DNA of 64,000 nucleotides from Gammaproteobacteria bacterium. GTDB lineage: Bacteria; Pseudomonadota; Gammaproteobacteria; SZUA-140. Every line of letters starts with the position of its first letter. The stretch's first letter is position 1. The stretch covers positions 33,837 through 97,836 of the forward strand of contig JBHHVB010000002.1 in assembly GCA_046754065.1 (NCBI GenBank), in the 5' to 3' direction. The notes beneath the pieces are model-generated. The model was not told where the DNA came from and made no database searches. It saw nothing but the letters and a program-made list of their open reading frames with translations. A program made the position numbers and the translations under genes. Positions 63,922 to 64,000 of this stretch are shown here, in pieces.

Positions 63922-64000
63922 ATGAATGATTACATCGCACCTTCTATATTATCAGCGGATTTTGCTCGTCTGGGTGAGGAAGTTACCCATGTCCTGGAAG
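63922..64000 (+). CDS. rpe: ribulose-phosphate 3-epimerase, N-terminal fragment (runs off window)
   Basis: MNDYIAPSILSADFARLGEEV... matches the Rpe N-terminus. RBS agagg. Confidence 0.8.
   Translation, partial: MNDYIAPSILSADFARLGEEVTHVLE

Overview
This 64 kb window is gammaproteobacterial chromosome that is almost entirely conserved core genome on the + strand. The genes, in order, are: ispE (3' end), tRNA-Gln, prs, rplY/ctc, pth, ychF, tRNA-Met, a methyl-accepting chemotaxis protein, the PrkA/YeaG-YeaH-SpoVR(YcgB) stress module, a GT28-like glycosyltransferase and Slt70 and an HU-like protein (all on the - strand), two small ORFs, mazG, an ammonium transporter with sigma-54/NtrC-type upstream signals, miaB-ybeZ-ybeY-corC-lnt, leuS-lptE-holA-proA-nadD-rsfS-rlmH-maf-rng-yhdP, a C-N hydrolase, mlaFEDCB-ibaG-murA, a complete hisGDCBHAFIE set running directly into tatABC, a DegS/AlgW-like protease (-), a Nif3-family gene, a complete Alternative Complex III operon (actA, split actB1/actB2, actCDEF), a secreted DUF3530-like alpha/beta-fold protein (-) and the start of rpe. 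I found no transposase, integrase, phage, CRISPR, toxin-antitoxin or recognisable defence gene. Every ORF longer than about 100 aa outside a gene is an antisense or alternate-frame shadow of an annotated gene. I therefore do not see a novel multi-gene system here. The less ordinary items are a tRNA-Gln-derived pseudo-tRNA with a GC-rich hairpin insert, the long amt leader (tandem -24/-12 promoters, NtrC-like dyads, a C10 tract, a G8 tract at the amt RBS and a small membrane-protein ORF), an HU protein with a histone-H1-like lysine tail, a GT28-like gene of unknown specificity next to slt, the co-location of yhdP and mla, the his-tat fusion, and the ACIII operon with a split ActB and no actG. 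Gene starts are estimated by eye (RBS and homolog N-termini) and may be off by a few codons.
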